A stretch of 59,410 nt of DNA, the filler included, from Platydemus manokwari (lineage: Eukaryota), in NCBI GenBank assembly GCA_037951405.1. It is 5 parts of 5 records of this genome, joined end to end, with 100 filler letters (N's around TTAATTAATTAA, not from the genome) between each part and the next. Parts side by side here need not be neighbours in the genome. Positions count along the whole stretch, not along the records: positions 18,479 to 28,062 come from JBBMOY011229098.1; positions 28,163 to 40,819 come from JBBMOY010023348.1; 3 more parts are not named here. One strand, given 5' to 3'. Of this stretch, positions 24,567 to 37,132 are shown one piece after another (the first letter of the stretch is position 1; the number at the start of each line of letters is the position of its first letter). A program made the position numbers and the translations under genes. The notes under the pieces were generated by a model, which did no database searches, had not been told where the DNA came from, and saw only the letters and a list, made by a program, of their open reading frames with translations.

Positions 24567-25659
24567 TTTGAAATTGGCAAATTTTAAGTAAATAATAAAA
24601 CAATAGAGTATAGAATAATATGTTCAAACCAAATTACATCATTTAACTATTAAAAAAATTTTTAGTTTTGTAGTTTACGTATCACTTAATTTTATAAAAT
24701 GTACTATGGCACAATTATATTTATTTGTAATAAATCAAATTAAAAAAAATACATTTGTGTTAAGTTTATATATTTGAACTTTTGAATTTTTTCGCATTAC
24801 TCCTCTAGTGAAACTCGATTAACCAAATTGCTTTAATTCCACATTGTCAGTTATTTGAAAATCTCGACAAAATCTTAAATCATAACCATAACACAGACCA
24901 CTAAAACGGTATAAATTATTTATGAATTAATCGAAATTCAGCAATTATTTTTTCGTTCAAGTTTTAAATAATTACCTTACAATTATATTTATTACTATAC
25001 ATTTATTTGATCATGTCTAAAATTATTAATTTATTTGGCTCTGACCCAGTGTAACGAAATTTTAACAATATTAAAAAAATTTATCGTAAACTTCATAAAA
25101 AAGAGAGGCACTTATAGCCCTAACAATCAGTAAAACTTTAAAAAGCATACAGGTCTCTTACGTCAAAAGGATTTAAGTACGTCCTTAACTACCTCTTACA
25201 AAACAATTTCATGATCAGTAATTATTCAATCTAATTATTTAAATCAAATCCCTGGTTTTTTGTTATTTCGTATTTGATAACTTTGGGTATTGTATTCTAT
25301 GAATTCTATTTTTATTTAGAAATTATACTTTATTGAATTATTTTTTTATTTATTCATATTATTTATAAATAAAAGTTCCTTATTTATATAATAGAACTCC
25401 GCCAATCTGAGTCAGATTTTAATTAGCATTTTATAGTTGAAAGGGAATCATCAACAAATAATGACAGATCAGAAATTATTATAGATATCTTTTAGATTCG
25501 TTACTCTAGAGTAAAATAATATAATCCATCAAAAACCTAATCGTACTATTTCAGTTTCATTTGTCAAGTGAATCATGTGAATTTCGTTCAAGGAGAATAG
25601 AAACCCTAGGAATTACTTCGACCACTTTAGAAATTATAAATTATAATCTTTTAAAGATG

Positions 25660-25867
25660 TGTTGGGTTGTGATGGGTGTTTAAAGTTGTTGGGTCAACTC
25701 AACAGCGTGAGTTCACTTGCTTTATGTTTAAATTTTTATATAAAAGGATAACAATCAGACTTGTTAAAAACTTTTATTAAGCAATTTATATATGTTACAC
25801 AAAAACAATCAATACAAACGTTTAACTCACTCTAAATTAAAACAACAAGTAGGTGAGGTTATCTCAC
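25660..25867 (-). repeat. Left arm of a diverged ~210-bp inverted repeat (LTR-end-like or TIR-like)
   Basis: TGTTGGGTTGT (25660-25670) and CAACTCAACAGCGTGAGT (25695-25712) are exact reverse complements of 28361-28371 and 28317-28334. Both arms also share AACTTTTATT and ATCTCAC. Confidence 0.7.
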
Positions 25868-26450
25868 AGAGACAGTGAAAACCCAAATAAATTGCCTTAG
25901 AACTTTGTTATAGATTTTTGTTATTGATATTACTAATTCCAAAGGAGATCCTTTAGAGTTCAAATATATTAGTAGGATTATTAAAAATTATTGTTTAAAC
26001 TGATAATTATTTCTTATTACTTGTAAGATCAGCTCGAATCACTAAGTTTTTCTATCAAATTTTTAGAGAGTGGATTGTGATGGAAATCCATCAGCTTATA
26101 TTTTTACCTTAGACCATTAATGTTTATAATTTTAAAAGTCCTAAACCTTAAAAAAATTCTTAATAATTTATCTAACCTTAGAAATTTTATTATTAAATTA
26201 TTGACATTACAAATTAAATATTCTATTCCTTTTTTTCACTTTCTGATTTATAAATAATAATATATACTAAATTACATTTTCTATATTTTTAAAATTCTTT
26301 ATTCTTTACATTTCATCCATGTTAAAAATTATTACAAAAAATAATTACATGTTATGAATATAATTACAAGGATTTACAATCAAGATTTCAACTTTAAAAG
26401 TCACAAATGATCAGAATATAAAAATATCAAGTCATTAAATATCATAAGAA

Positions 26451-26848
26451 TCAAGTCATTATTGGGAACTGGATTGTCTTGGTCCTTCGAATTCGCAGTT
26501 CACAGATGAATCCTTGCCGACACCAGGCGCCTAAATCCACGCTCCAGCTTTGGGTGGCCCATGTTTCCCATTTTGGGTTTGGTTTTATGGGCTTAATTAC
26601 TATTGTCGTACCGGGTTTCTTGACTATTGGTGTACCGGGTCTTTCGTGTTTTTGTCTGGGAGATGTTCTTGTTTTTTTGAACACAGGGTTACTCGGTGAT
26701 GGTTGTGGCAGTTGTGGTTTCTGGGGCAGCTGCTGTTGCTGTCTCCATTCACTGTAAGACTTGATGGTATATGGAATCTTTTCGTCTTCGCTCTCCCCAT
26801 TATCTGAGTAGAGCACCAGGCGTTCTATATTGTCTTCCCAGAAACTTT
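26451..26848 (-). CDS. Unknown Pro/Gln/Lys-rich ORF or last exon, probably element-borne
   Basis: Open frame of ~130 codons in a GC-richer island, with an acceptor-like TTACCAG at 26849, upstream donor-like GTAAG/GTAAT sites, and an internal PGTPIVKK/PGTTIVIK duplication. No family recognised. Confidence 0.35.
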
Positions 26849-28062
26849 CTGGTAACCAAGAAGAAAATACATAGTTTCACAAGTCATGAAATGAAATAGT
26901 CTTGAGAAGAATATTAATTTAAGACAAGAAGCACATATAAGAAATTCTCAAATTACCTCCGATCTGATTCTAAAAAGTAATTATTTTAGGTTTTCTTACC
27001 GGTTACTAGTTCAATGCAATTTGAGAAGTTTTGTTTAAATCGTAATTGTTTTAAAATTAAAATTTGTAATAATATTGACATTTGTCCTTGAGAGCCGATT
27101 CCATTTTATAGACATGACTCCGTATTGAATCGTGTTGCAGAGTTATTTTCCATTATTTAGAACAGTCTGAACACTAATCTTGAGACAAATTTCCTTCTGA
27201 CTCTTATGCTATTGTTGTTATCTAGATGCGTATTATCTGTTGTTTGTGAGTGGTGATTGACTATCCAAATCTAATAAGATATTGCAAATTCAAAGGAATA
27301 TGTTTGATTACTTGCACATGTGCTTATAGTGACTGGGTTTAATTACTATTTGAAGGCTATTCCGATGATTTCCATTATCATACTTGGTCGATTTTTCACA
27401 TACTGCACACTTTATTAAACTTTCTTATTAATTTTAAATTATTTTTAGATATTATATTATTTCACATGTATTATTTGAAGTTAAATAAATTCCATTGATT
27501 TAAATATCTTATTATCAGAACTATCACTTATTAACACTTCTATTAAAATAATATTTTTAAAAAAGGTAGGCAATACAAAATGAATTTAAACAACGTCGTA
27601 CTTAAAAATTTCACATAAGTAGCAACACCTAATATATCGAGATTAACATTACCTCACCTGTTCTTGTAGAATATTAAAAATAACCGAGTTTATGAAAAAT
27701 AATAAAAGTTAATTAAAACCGTCAACAATCTAGTAAATGAATGGATGTTTCAATCTGAAGAATTACTTATTTAATAATGAAGCATTTGAAAACATACTAA
27801 AGACTCTGTATAATCCGAATATGTTACAAAGTGAAAGTAAAAAAATATTAAATAATTCACTTTATAAATCAATTACATGTAAAAAGATTCGGGCAAAGTT
27901 AAGAAAATGGTTCCCACAATAAATTCTTAATTTTTTGAGTGTATTGCAAAAATTTATATAATTTATTTAATTATATTCTTCAAAAACATTTTGAATTTTT
28001 TATTTAAGTATTAAGAAGAATTTAACATTGTTTGAAATAAAAGATTGAATACACTCGAACTT

Positions 28063-28162
28063 NNNNNNNNNNNNNNNNNNNNNNNNNNNNNNNNNNNNNN
28101 NNNNNNTTAATTAATTAANNNNNNNNNNNNNNNNNNNNNNNNNNNNNNNNNNNNNNNNNNNN
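28063..28162. other. Assembly gap with artificial linker
   Basis: N-run with TTAATTAATTAA at 28107-28118. Confidence 0.97.
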
Positions 28163-28164
28163 CG

Positions 28165-28371
28165 GTGAGATTACCACAGCAAATTTGTTTTATTCTAAAT
28201 TTCGTTTGAGTCAATTTGTGTGAATATTTGTTTTGATAATTTTGTGATCTAAATAAAAGTTTGATATAAATTTTTTGGTGTTGAAATAGTTTTTCTTGAA
28301 TAAATAATAAAAAAGGACTCACGCTGTTGAGTTGTGTCTAACAGCAACTAACATTCAACAACAACCCAACA
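28165..28371 (+). repeat. Right arm of the diverged inverted repeat, ending ...ACAACCCAACA, with AATAAA upstream
   Basis: Reverse-complement homology to 25660-25867. Confidence 0.7.
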
Positions 28372-29602
28372 TACACTACAAGTTACAATTCTATTGTGGA
28401 CGGCTAGACCCTTCAGGAAAACACTCAGGTGTGCTCAACTAGTTGGCGAGACACCCCTGTGATTAAAAAGAAGGTTAGAGATAAAAGTAGAACCTAGTAA
28501 ATTTAGAAAAACCACACAGCTATCTCAATAGCTGTGGACGCGTAAATAAAACTTAAAAATTTACTCATTATTTGCAACAATGTAAATAGCCAAATTCGGA
28601 ATTCGAAATAAAATTGAAAGGTTTCGCTGTATGCTTCTTGAATAATAAAACAGAGTCGTTCGATAAAAACTGGTTTGTAATTGATAAATAAGAAAACTGG
28701 ATCCACTTGAATACGTCTGTAATAATTGCTTGCCAGTAATTGATTCGTCTGAACAATAATTTTCGACTTGTGAGTTTAAATTTTTGAAAACAAATTGAAT
28801 AAATCGTGTATGATAAAGTGCAATCCAACTGAATTTGCTTGCTCTTATATACTTATTTTGTGGGTCGCACGTGTCATATCAGTGTGCTAATTTTTTGTCC
28901 TTTTTTGTTTCTAAATTTAGAAGGTCTCTAGATGTCATACCTAAATTTGGCAACTGTTTTTAGCTACTTTAGTTGTTAAATTGACCTACACTATTTTTAG
29001 TACGGACGTGGTTACTAAAAATAGATTTTTAAATAATTTCTTGATTTTGACCTTGGGTTCTATCTGGATGACCTTGAGGTCTCTTAAACAAAAGAATTTG
29101 TTATAGAAAAACAATTTTTTGTTTTATTTATTTTTAAATAAATTTATGTGAGAATTTTTGAATTTTATTCATTTTATTTTCTCTATCTAGTCTAAGAATT
29201 TTTAAAATTTAATTTTTTATGTTTTTAATATTTTTTTTATTTTTAAATATATTTGTGCTTGTATTATAGCTTAATGTGTCGGGTAAGGTCGGATTCCACA
29301 GAATCACATTCATGACGCAAACGAGATGCAAATACACCGTTAAATCTGATATTTATTTGAGTAGATTAAATAAAATATTTTAAAAACTGATCAAGGCATG
29401 TACAATTTGTTGATTCGTAAACAGTGATATGAAAATAAAAATTTCTGAAAATATTTTTCATAAATAAAGATTAAGAATTGATTTTGGAATGAAAGAAAAT
29501 ATAAATATTAAGTACTAATAAAACTAAAGAGAATAATTTATCAAAAAATAATAATATCTTTAATATTAATAAAGTTCGTCTAAATTAAAATATATCTAGG
29601 AT

Positions 29603-32600
29603 TTATCTGCGAGTCACAGTTCGCACTTCAATCTCACTGTTATCGGTTGTGGATTTATTGGGAAACGCTGCTATGATCCATTTGTTATCGTCACTGAATT
29701 GAATTCGTCTCATCAGTTTACATTCATGAATCGCATGGAAGTGACAAAGAGAAATGTCAGGTGAAACTCGCCATACGTGCATCAAATTGTTCTCATAGCC
29801 CGCACAAACTAAAGTGGCATCAGGAGAAAATGTGAGACACGCAACCTAATTTAAAGGTGAAATCTTGTTAATTTATTCTCAAACCAAAGGAACCTGGCTT
29901 CGATTTTTTGGCCCCAGAATGCAATGTATGTTATTCTCAATGTCGTTTGTCATGTAGATCTCTCCGGTAGTTATTGCCATAGCAACACTGGTTCCATTTT
30001 TCCAGTCGAGTTTAGATATAAGATTTATGTTGTATTCTTCAGCTCTTCTTCGAAAAGATTTTTCTTTAGTGTTATAAAGATACACTTCTTGCGATTCAGT
30101 TCCTTGATTATAAATTATCTAAACCAATCACAAGAGCTATAAAAGTCTAACTTAATAAAAAATTATTATTTTGAATCGAGATCAGCTGATGGCAACTCCT
30201 CGCGAAGGGATAATCTTGACAGTCTATGCGGAAAGAGCTCAGATCATTGTCAAAGTTAACAATCTGACAGTGATAGGCACAATTTATAAATACCGATTCC
30301 ATATTGCCAGCTACTGTCGTCGAAATACACTTCAAAGAAGAAGAATCATTGAAAGTTGTACTCCAAATGACGCTTGATGTTTCGAAACTCCAGATGGATA
30401 TTGTCGATGAATAGCGATTCACGAGAAGTAAATAAGGTGATGAATCAGCCATAGCAAATGACGATGTGAAGCATATGTTAGGTGGTCGACATTCAAGTGT
30501 CCAGGAGTCATCAATTTTCCAAACCTTAATTATATAAAAATAATAGTTCAATTCGAATTATTATAGCTTACTTGAAGTTCCACTAAATCAACTTGATCAA
30601 AATTCCTCGGATGCTTCATATGAGCAAAGGCATATTGACGATTCAAAGAGACACTCAAGCTCAAACAGATGTATTCAAAATCGATGTCATCTATCGGAAA
30701 CAGTTGTTTGGATATCTAGACGATATAATAATACCATTTTAATTAATATAAAATGGGATTGAATTAAAAAGAAAGGCATAAATCACAAGACTAACTGTAG
30801 TAAAGAGATGTCTCATTTTATATACTTAAATCCCACAAAATGCGATACTGATTATCATGATAGACTGTTACATTTTGGGCCAAAATGACAAGTCATATTG
30901 GATCAACTTGAAAAACTCTAAAAATATCAAAGTCTAATTTTGGGGCGAATTCTTTTCATGACTTTTAAATAATATTGTAAATTAATGTGACAATAATCCA
31001 GTTGAGTTCACGAGGAAGCCTGGGAAAGATTGTTTGATATTTTGTCAACACAGATAGCTGATTATCATAAAGTTTCTTATTATCTCAGCTTATCCGAGCT
31101 GATAATAGCAAGAATAAACATTACCAAGGATAACTTCAAAAGAAACTCGAAAATTAATAAAAGACCTACCGGAATTTGAGGTTCCTGCTTTAGAACTAAG
31201 GCGATTTGAGGAATGCCAGGAACGATTAACATATCCAACATCACCAGTTTGTGTAGAGACTTGAGATCGTCTGTCAATACAATTCTGTTGGTTCTACATG
31301 AAGAATATCAAATTATTGATATAATAACAGTTATTCAAACTCGTGATTGTACACCACTGGAGCGGCCATAGCCATTTCTACTGACGTGGAGACGATTTTC
31401 TCTGATTCGATGAGATCTACGAAATCTCCTTTCTCAGAATCAGTGTGATTGTGTTGTAATAACTGAATGAATACCTTTTTATCAATACTTTTCAAGATAA
31501 AATCACCATCGATTTAATGTTATCAGAAATTTTTCCCTACAAGGAATTATATGATGCTTGCAAGCAATCGAATTATATGTTGAACTCTAAGTTTATTTTA
31601 AAACTTGATAAAATTTTTAAAAATGATGCTTTTTTTCAAATCAGATTGAATATTGTTTTTAATTCTATGTTATGCTTTTAATTATTTATGCTTTTAGTTC
31701 TGCGGTTTATTCATTTATGGACTATTTTTCCGAAATTTTTAATTCTTGTTTGGAGCCTTATCTAGAAATATATGAAAAACAGTAACGAAATCAATTTATT
31801 TCGATAAAGCAATTTAGTTGCTTTGATATTATCAAAATAAAAATCCCAATAATAATTCCGATTGAAAATCCAATATTGAAGCCGCATAATTTGATTTTCT
31901 CAAATGCATGTGAACTGTATCACGAATAACATTAATGAGCAATGGTTATTTATAGCAATACTACTTTGGGACTCATTTCAGTGTATAGGTTTATCGAGAC
32001 AATTTCGAATTTGTGTGCAAACAATCCAGTTAAGTTTTTGCGGAATTTTATTATCATTGCTTTACGTTCTCGATGAAATCGAAATATGATAAAAATTATA
32101 CATAAAATATCAATCAATAAGAGTAGTCTATTGCGGATTCAGTGCGACACACAGGATAAGTAAAAGATTCACACTTCTAAAGCTAAATATCGAACTTGTG
32201 CAAATTAACATCAAAATTAATTGGTATTTAATGATATTGCTATTGTTTGAAGCTGTGATTATTAATTGGTTTTCAATCCGCTTGAAATGATTTCCTTGGA
32301 GCTTGTTCGAAACATATAGCTCGAGCCTGATAGCTACAATAGTATTTTTCGGTATTTTTAAAATCAATCAATAGTCAATTTTGGATCACCTCATCTATTG
32401 TCATTAAATATTTCTCCAGCTCCTAGAAATTTTCTTTATCATACTGACGAGTCATTGACAATGTATATAGGAGGTGGGCGACATGGGATTATTAAAAATA
32501 TTTTATTAAAGATATCCCTAGCGTATTTGTTATATTCAAACATGAACGGAATGATCTATTCTTGCTTATCAATCTATTTGCTTATCTCAATTAGCTATTG

Positions 32601-35600
32601 CAACCTATTTTGTAGCGTATATTAGAGAGTTGGAATCACACGAATCACTTCTAAAACTTATCTCGAAGAATATTTGTAAGCCAAAAAAAACCGCAATTAT
32701 TTATGATCTCCATTCGTGATTTCAGAAATCATCTTGGTTTGGGTGGGTATCATAAAGTGGATATCAAATATTCTTACCGCTAAATCATCACAATTGTTCG
32801 ATTTCTCCAAAGATTCTAAAATAATTATTTAAGTAGTTATTGGAGTTTAAATTATCACCGATTTTCTGGTTTTTCACCTCTCTAAATCTCAGCCTTTGCA
32901 AAACATAGAACACGAGAATCATGCATTCCAGAATACACACAATAAAAAATAATAGCAATGGAACCGATTTCTCTTCTAGACGAAAAAGAGATAAAATTAA
33001 ATAATTTTCGAATCGATATTACCTATAATTATTAGATAAGGATCACGATGGGGAAATGCTCTTGTGTTTAATTTATCTACAGAGGTGACTGTTTTACTTT
33101 TGTAGACCTTGTTTCTCTCATCCATGATGCCACGGCCATTCCATCGGATACCTTGGGAAATAAAAATATGTTCTATCAATCAATAAATATTCATCAGTAT
33201 CATCTGATTCAAAACATTTCCGAATAAAACGGTGATCATAAAAATAGCACACCAGAAAAGATTATCAATAATCGATTAAAGTTAAGAGTCAATAAGTTGA
33301 TCCACCAAAATTCTCAAACAATTCTTCGATGATAACAGATAATATTATCATTTCATCCAATTCCATTCTCTAAATCATATTTTTTGACTCACGAAAACTC
33401 ACAGAATATGCGTTGTTATGGTAATGTGTGATAAATATTTGGGTTATTTGTCCGCACTAATATTTGAGATAAATTGTATGGAAAGGTTTGATTCTAATAA
33501 TGGAAGAATGAATTTTTATTTTCAGAAATTCTGTTCGGATAAATTGCTTATAGAAATGAGGGAAATATACAGGCAAATTTTTCAATCAAAAATGATTTAC
33601 CGCATTGTCAGAATTTGTCATCATGTGATTGTGATATCAGTGCAAGTAGATTTTCAATTGCAATCATGTCTGGTGCAATCATTTATTGTTTTTGATATTG
33701 CGGGGAAAGAAGAGATTTATTAAATTTTTCGGAGGCATATTTAATTATTGTGTAGACTATATGATCAATTGATTATTCCACACCAATTGTCATGACAACA
33801 CTTAACACGATGTACATACACGCACACACTCACAAACACGCACGCCAACCTCATTGTAAACTGTATAGGACAGAGAAACATCGAGATCAATTGTGCAGTC
33901 ATTATTATGATGCGCCAGTTCAATCATTAGAGTTCATATTATTTTCAATTACGCCATAATTGTTATAAACGATTATCTCATTCTGGAAATTATTATTTTT
34001 ATTTATTAATATTATTACTGGTTATTATTATTGATAATATTATAAGAGTGATACTCATAATTGTTACCTGCTAATACACCAATGAATGAGTTCTCATATG
34101 ATATATCAGAACCAAGAATCAATTTCGGATAATTTTCATCAGCATTTTCGATATCTAAAAATTTAAATCACAAAATGAAAAAGGAATTTTAATTGTAAAA
34201 CTATTGACAAAGAAATACATGTTGAGATGGAGGATGATAAGTAGCAGATGATTCTAGTTACGGCGAATTTCACTTTTATGGAAAACTTTTAGGGGAGCTA
34301 CTCTCGAGATGTTGAGAGGCCATATCCTAATACCGTTGGGTATCGGAATGATCATCAATAGAATATTGCTTTATTACCGGAATAAATATAGCTATCTGCT
34401 TATAAATACAATCACCCTTCAACACATTTAAATGAAAATCAAAACTCTCAAACGCAACGATCACTAGGTTATTAGCTGACCGAAAAACATAATCAATTTC
34501 AGCCAACCATTTATCTTTGTCATATAATTGCAACTCTATTAGGATCTGACCACACCATCAAACTGGTGTACAAATCAATGTGTTTGATGGGTTGGATCTC
34601 GAAATCTGAGAATCGTTAATATAGGTGAGAGGTACTGTCATTGGAATTACAAAAGAAAGAATTGAATTCTCATTGTCTTTCAACACATTAACATTTTTCT
34701 TGAATAAAAATATAGATGTTCCTGTATGCAAATAATGAAAACATGGCTCTCAAAATGCGGTCATTCCTTCATTTATTTACAAAATTCTTCTACACCTCAC
34801 AAACCTTTAATAACAATTACATTTAACCCAGTAAATATCTCCTGGATATCCATTAAAATACATACGATCACAACCGTTAAACCTCAGTCCAAAATACTTC
34901 TTTTCAAATACGTTTGATGATATGACTCTGGTTTTATTTTAAGAATTTTAAATAAATCCCAAAATTTTATTGTGCTGAAACTGCTGACCATAAAAGCCTG
35001 TCTTTATTTGATTTTCAATCCTACTAATATCTTCTTGATAAAGAGATATTTTCATTTATAAAATAAGATCGAATAGGATATCGCGTTTTATATATTGTTA
35101 TCATGAGAACGAAAACAATCAATAAATTCAACAGATACCAATTCGTCTCCTAATGATATCCTTTCACAAATCGTTCATCCGTATTTGTGATTTATCAATT
35201 TAAACAAATCATTATCTCTACTTATTCTTAATAATATCCACACATTCACAAGCTCATTGAATCAAATGGCCTGATGTGAGCACAAAACTAATCAATCCAT
35301 ATGTGATTAACCGATTATTTTGAGCACTTTACGTCACAAATATAAATCAATACAAAAATAAAATAATAATAATAAATTTCTAAAATCATATCCGTTAAGA
35401 GCACGATGATATCTTAGATATTTACATTCCATAGAGCTTCAATTGTGATCCAAAGGTCAATAAGATGACTCGTCCAATTATATTTGATTTTCATTACAAT
35501 GAAATTATTTTGCTTATCGCTTCTAACATTGGAATGTCTGATGTTTTGACCGGCATCAATTCATTGATGAAATCATATTGTCAGTGAACTAGCTTTGATA

Positions 35601-36529
35601 AATTGATATTAGATCAATGACTCATCTGGCAGCAATTAATCAATCAATGGATCAATGGTAGATCTGAACGAACAGATCAATTGATAATTGTGTGAAAATC
35701 ATTATCTGAATTTCTCATTGAAAATCTGATAGCAACACTGATGCTTCTTTAAAATCAATCATTGGTGATTTAGATTTTACGGATATCTGGTACACCATTT
35801 TATTCCTTTTCACAATCGCTGATACTAGTGATGATTCCTTCATATACAAGCCTACTCTCTGATCATACTCTGAAAATGAGTCCAGTATAAAAGCTTTTCC
35901 AACATAGATGATGAGAATTCCAAAAAAATTTATTTGATATCATCTAAGCAGATTTAATTTATCTTTTGTTTCGTGATAAAGAAATAAAATAACGAAAGAT
36001 GTCAAAAGCAAGACATCTACTTGTCGATCTTGTCTCTTGTATTACTTCAGTATTCTCAGTTGTAGATATTTATTTAAAATCTGATAAATTCGTCAGATGT
36101 TCATCAGCTAATACATTTCATTACAGCACAATTATACGACATTCAGCAACCTGATTTATTTTCAATGACTGCGTAGAAGAGATTATTTGAATATGTTTTC
36201 TTCTCCTAGTTTAGATTAAAATAAAGATCGGATTAATAGGGTCATATCAACCAATTTTGCTTTACAAACCGTTCATGTGGAATATTAAATTAACATTTTG
36301 TAAATAAATATCTACTCTTACTCCTTCTATTTCTCCTCAGATTACTAAGAATTGATCCTGAAATAAGAAACAGGAAATATTCGAAAACAAATAAAAACCA
36401 GCTAAAAAACTAACGACGAAAAATTAAGCTTCCAAACTCTCCATTGAAATAGTAACGAATCTCTGATGGATTCTCAGCGATCAGTAAAGTATTGATGTCA
36501 TCCATCTGACCGATTCTAGTCTCTTTCAT
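29603..36529 (-). pseudogene. Multi-exon NB-ARC + WD40 (Apaf-1/CED-4-like) gene with a decayed 5' half
   Basis: The WD40 tail has clean exons (CILGPKNRSQ|VACLTFSPDATLVCAGYENNLMHVWRV...IQFSDDNKWIIAA). Upstream scraps occur in NB-ARC order: RIIVL** (36121-36138), ICLDDI (35936-35953), DLPLI (35650-35664), DLWITIEALWN (35426-35458) and FRSHD (35100-35114). They are separated by stops and frameshifts. Confidence 0.5.
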
Positions 36530-37132
36530 TGTTTTTTCAAATGACGAATTATATTGAAACCATAAATAATTAGTTTTCTAAAATTAATAGTGTTAAATGT
36601 CATTTTAAAGTCGATTAAAGAAATCATAAGCTTAGAGAATATTTTTCAGCAATAATTAATTTATTTTCGTTAGAGCCCCCCCTCCACCCCACTCTCCCAC
36701 CTAAAGCTTGAATGAATTTGAGGTTAAAAAGGTTGTGGGTTTGATTGCAATGGTTTGGAAATTGAGATGTTTATCTTAAATTCGTCTCTATCAAGTATGA
36801 AAATATAAAGTCTTCTTCAAAACACGAGGGATACTAAGATAGCAAGTTATAATATCTTGATATATACATAATAATTAGATATATTCATTTAATTATATAC
36901 ATAAAATTTGATATTGAAAGCTAAAGGGTTGATATTTCTGCAGTTAGAATGAATCGCCGATAGAGTTTATTGCAGAAAAGTGATTTGGTTCTGAAAATCA
37001 TAACATCACTATAATGGCACATTGAGCCAGTGTTATTTACCTAATACTATGAGTGATTTGTTATTATTATTTTCTTGAACCGAAAAATAAATGTCAACAG
37101 TTATATAAAATTACATTGATCAATACAACAAG

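Noticed and set aside
36530-37132. Fusion of the LamG/EGF gene with the NB-ARC-WD40 gene into one receptor
   Set aside because: No transmembrane exon or in-frame splice path was found between them.
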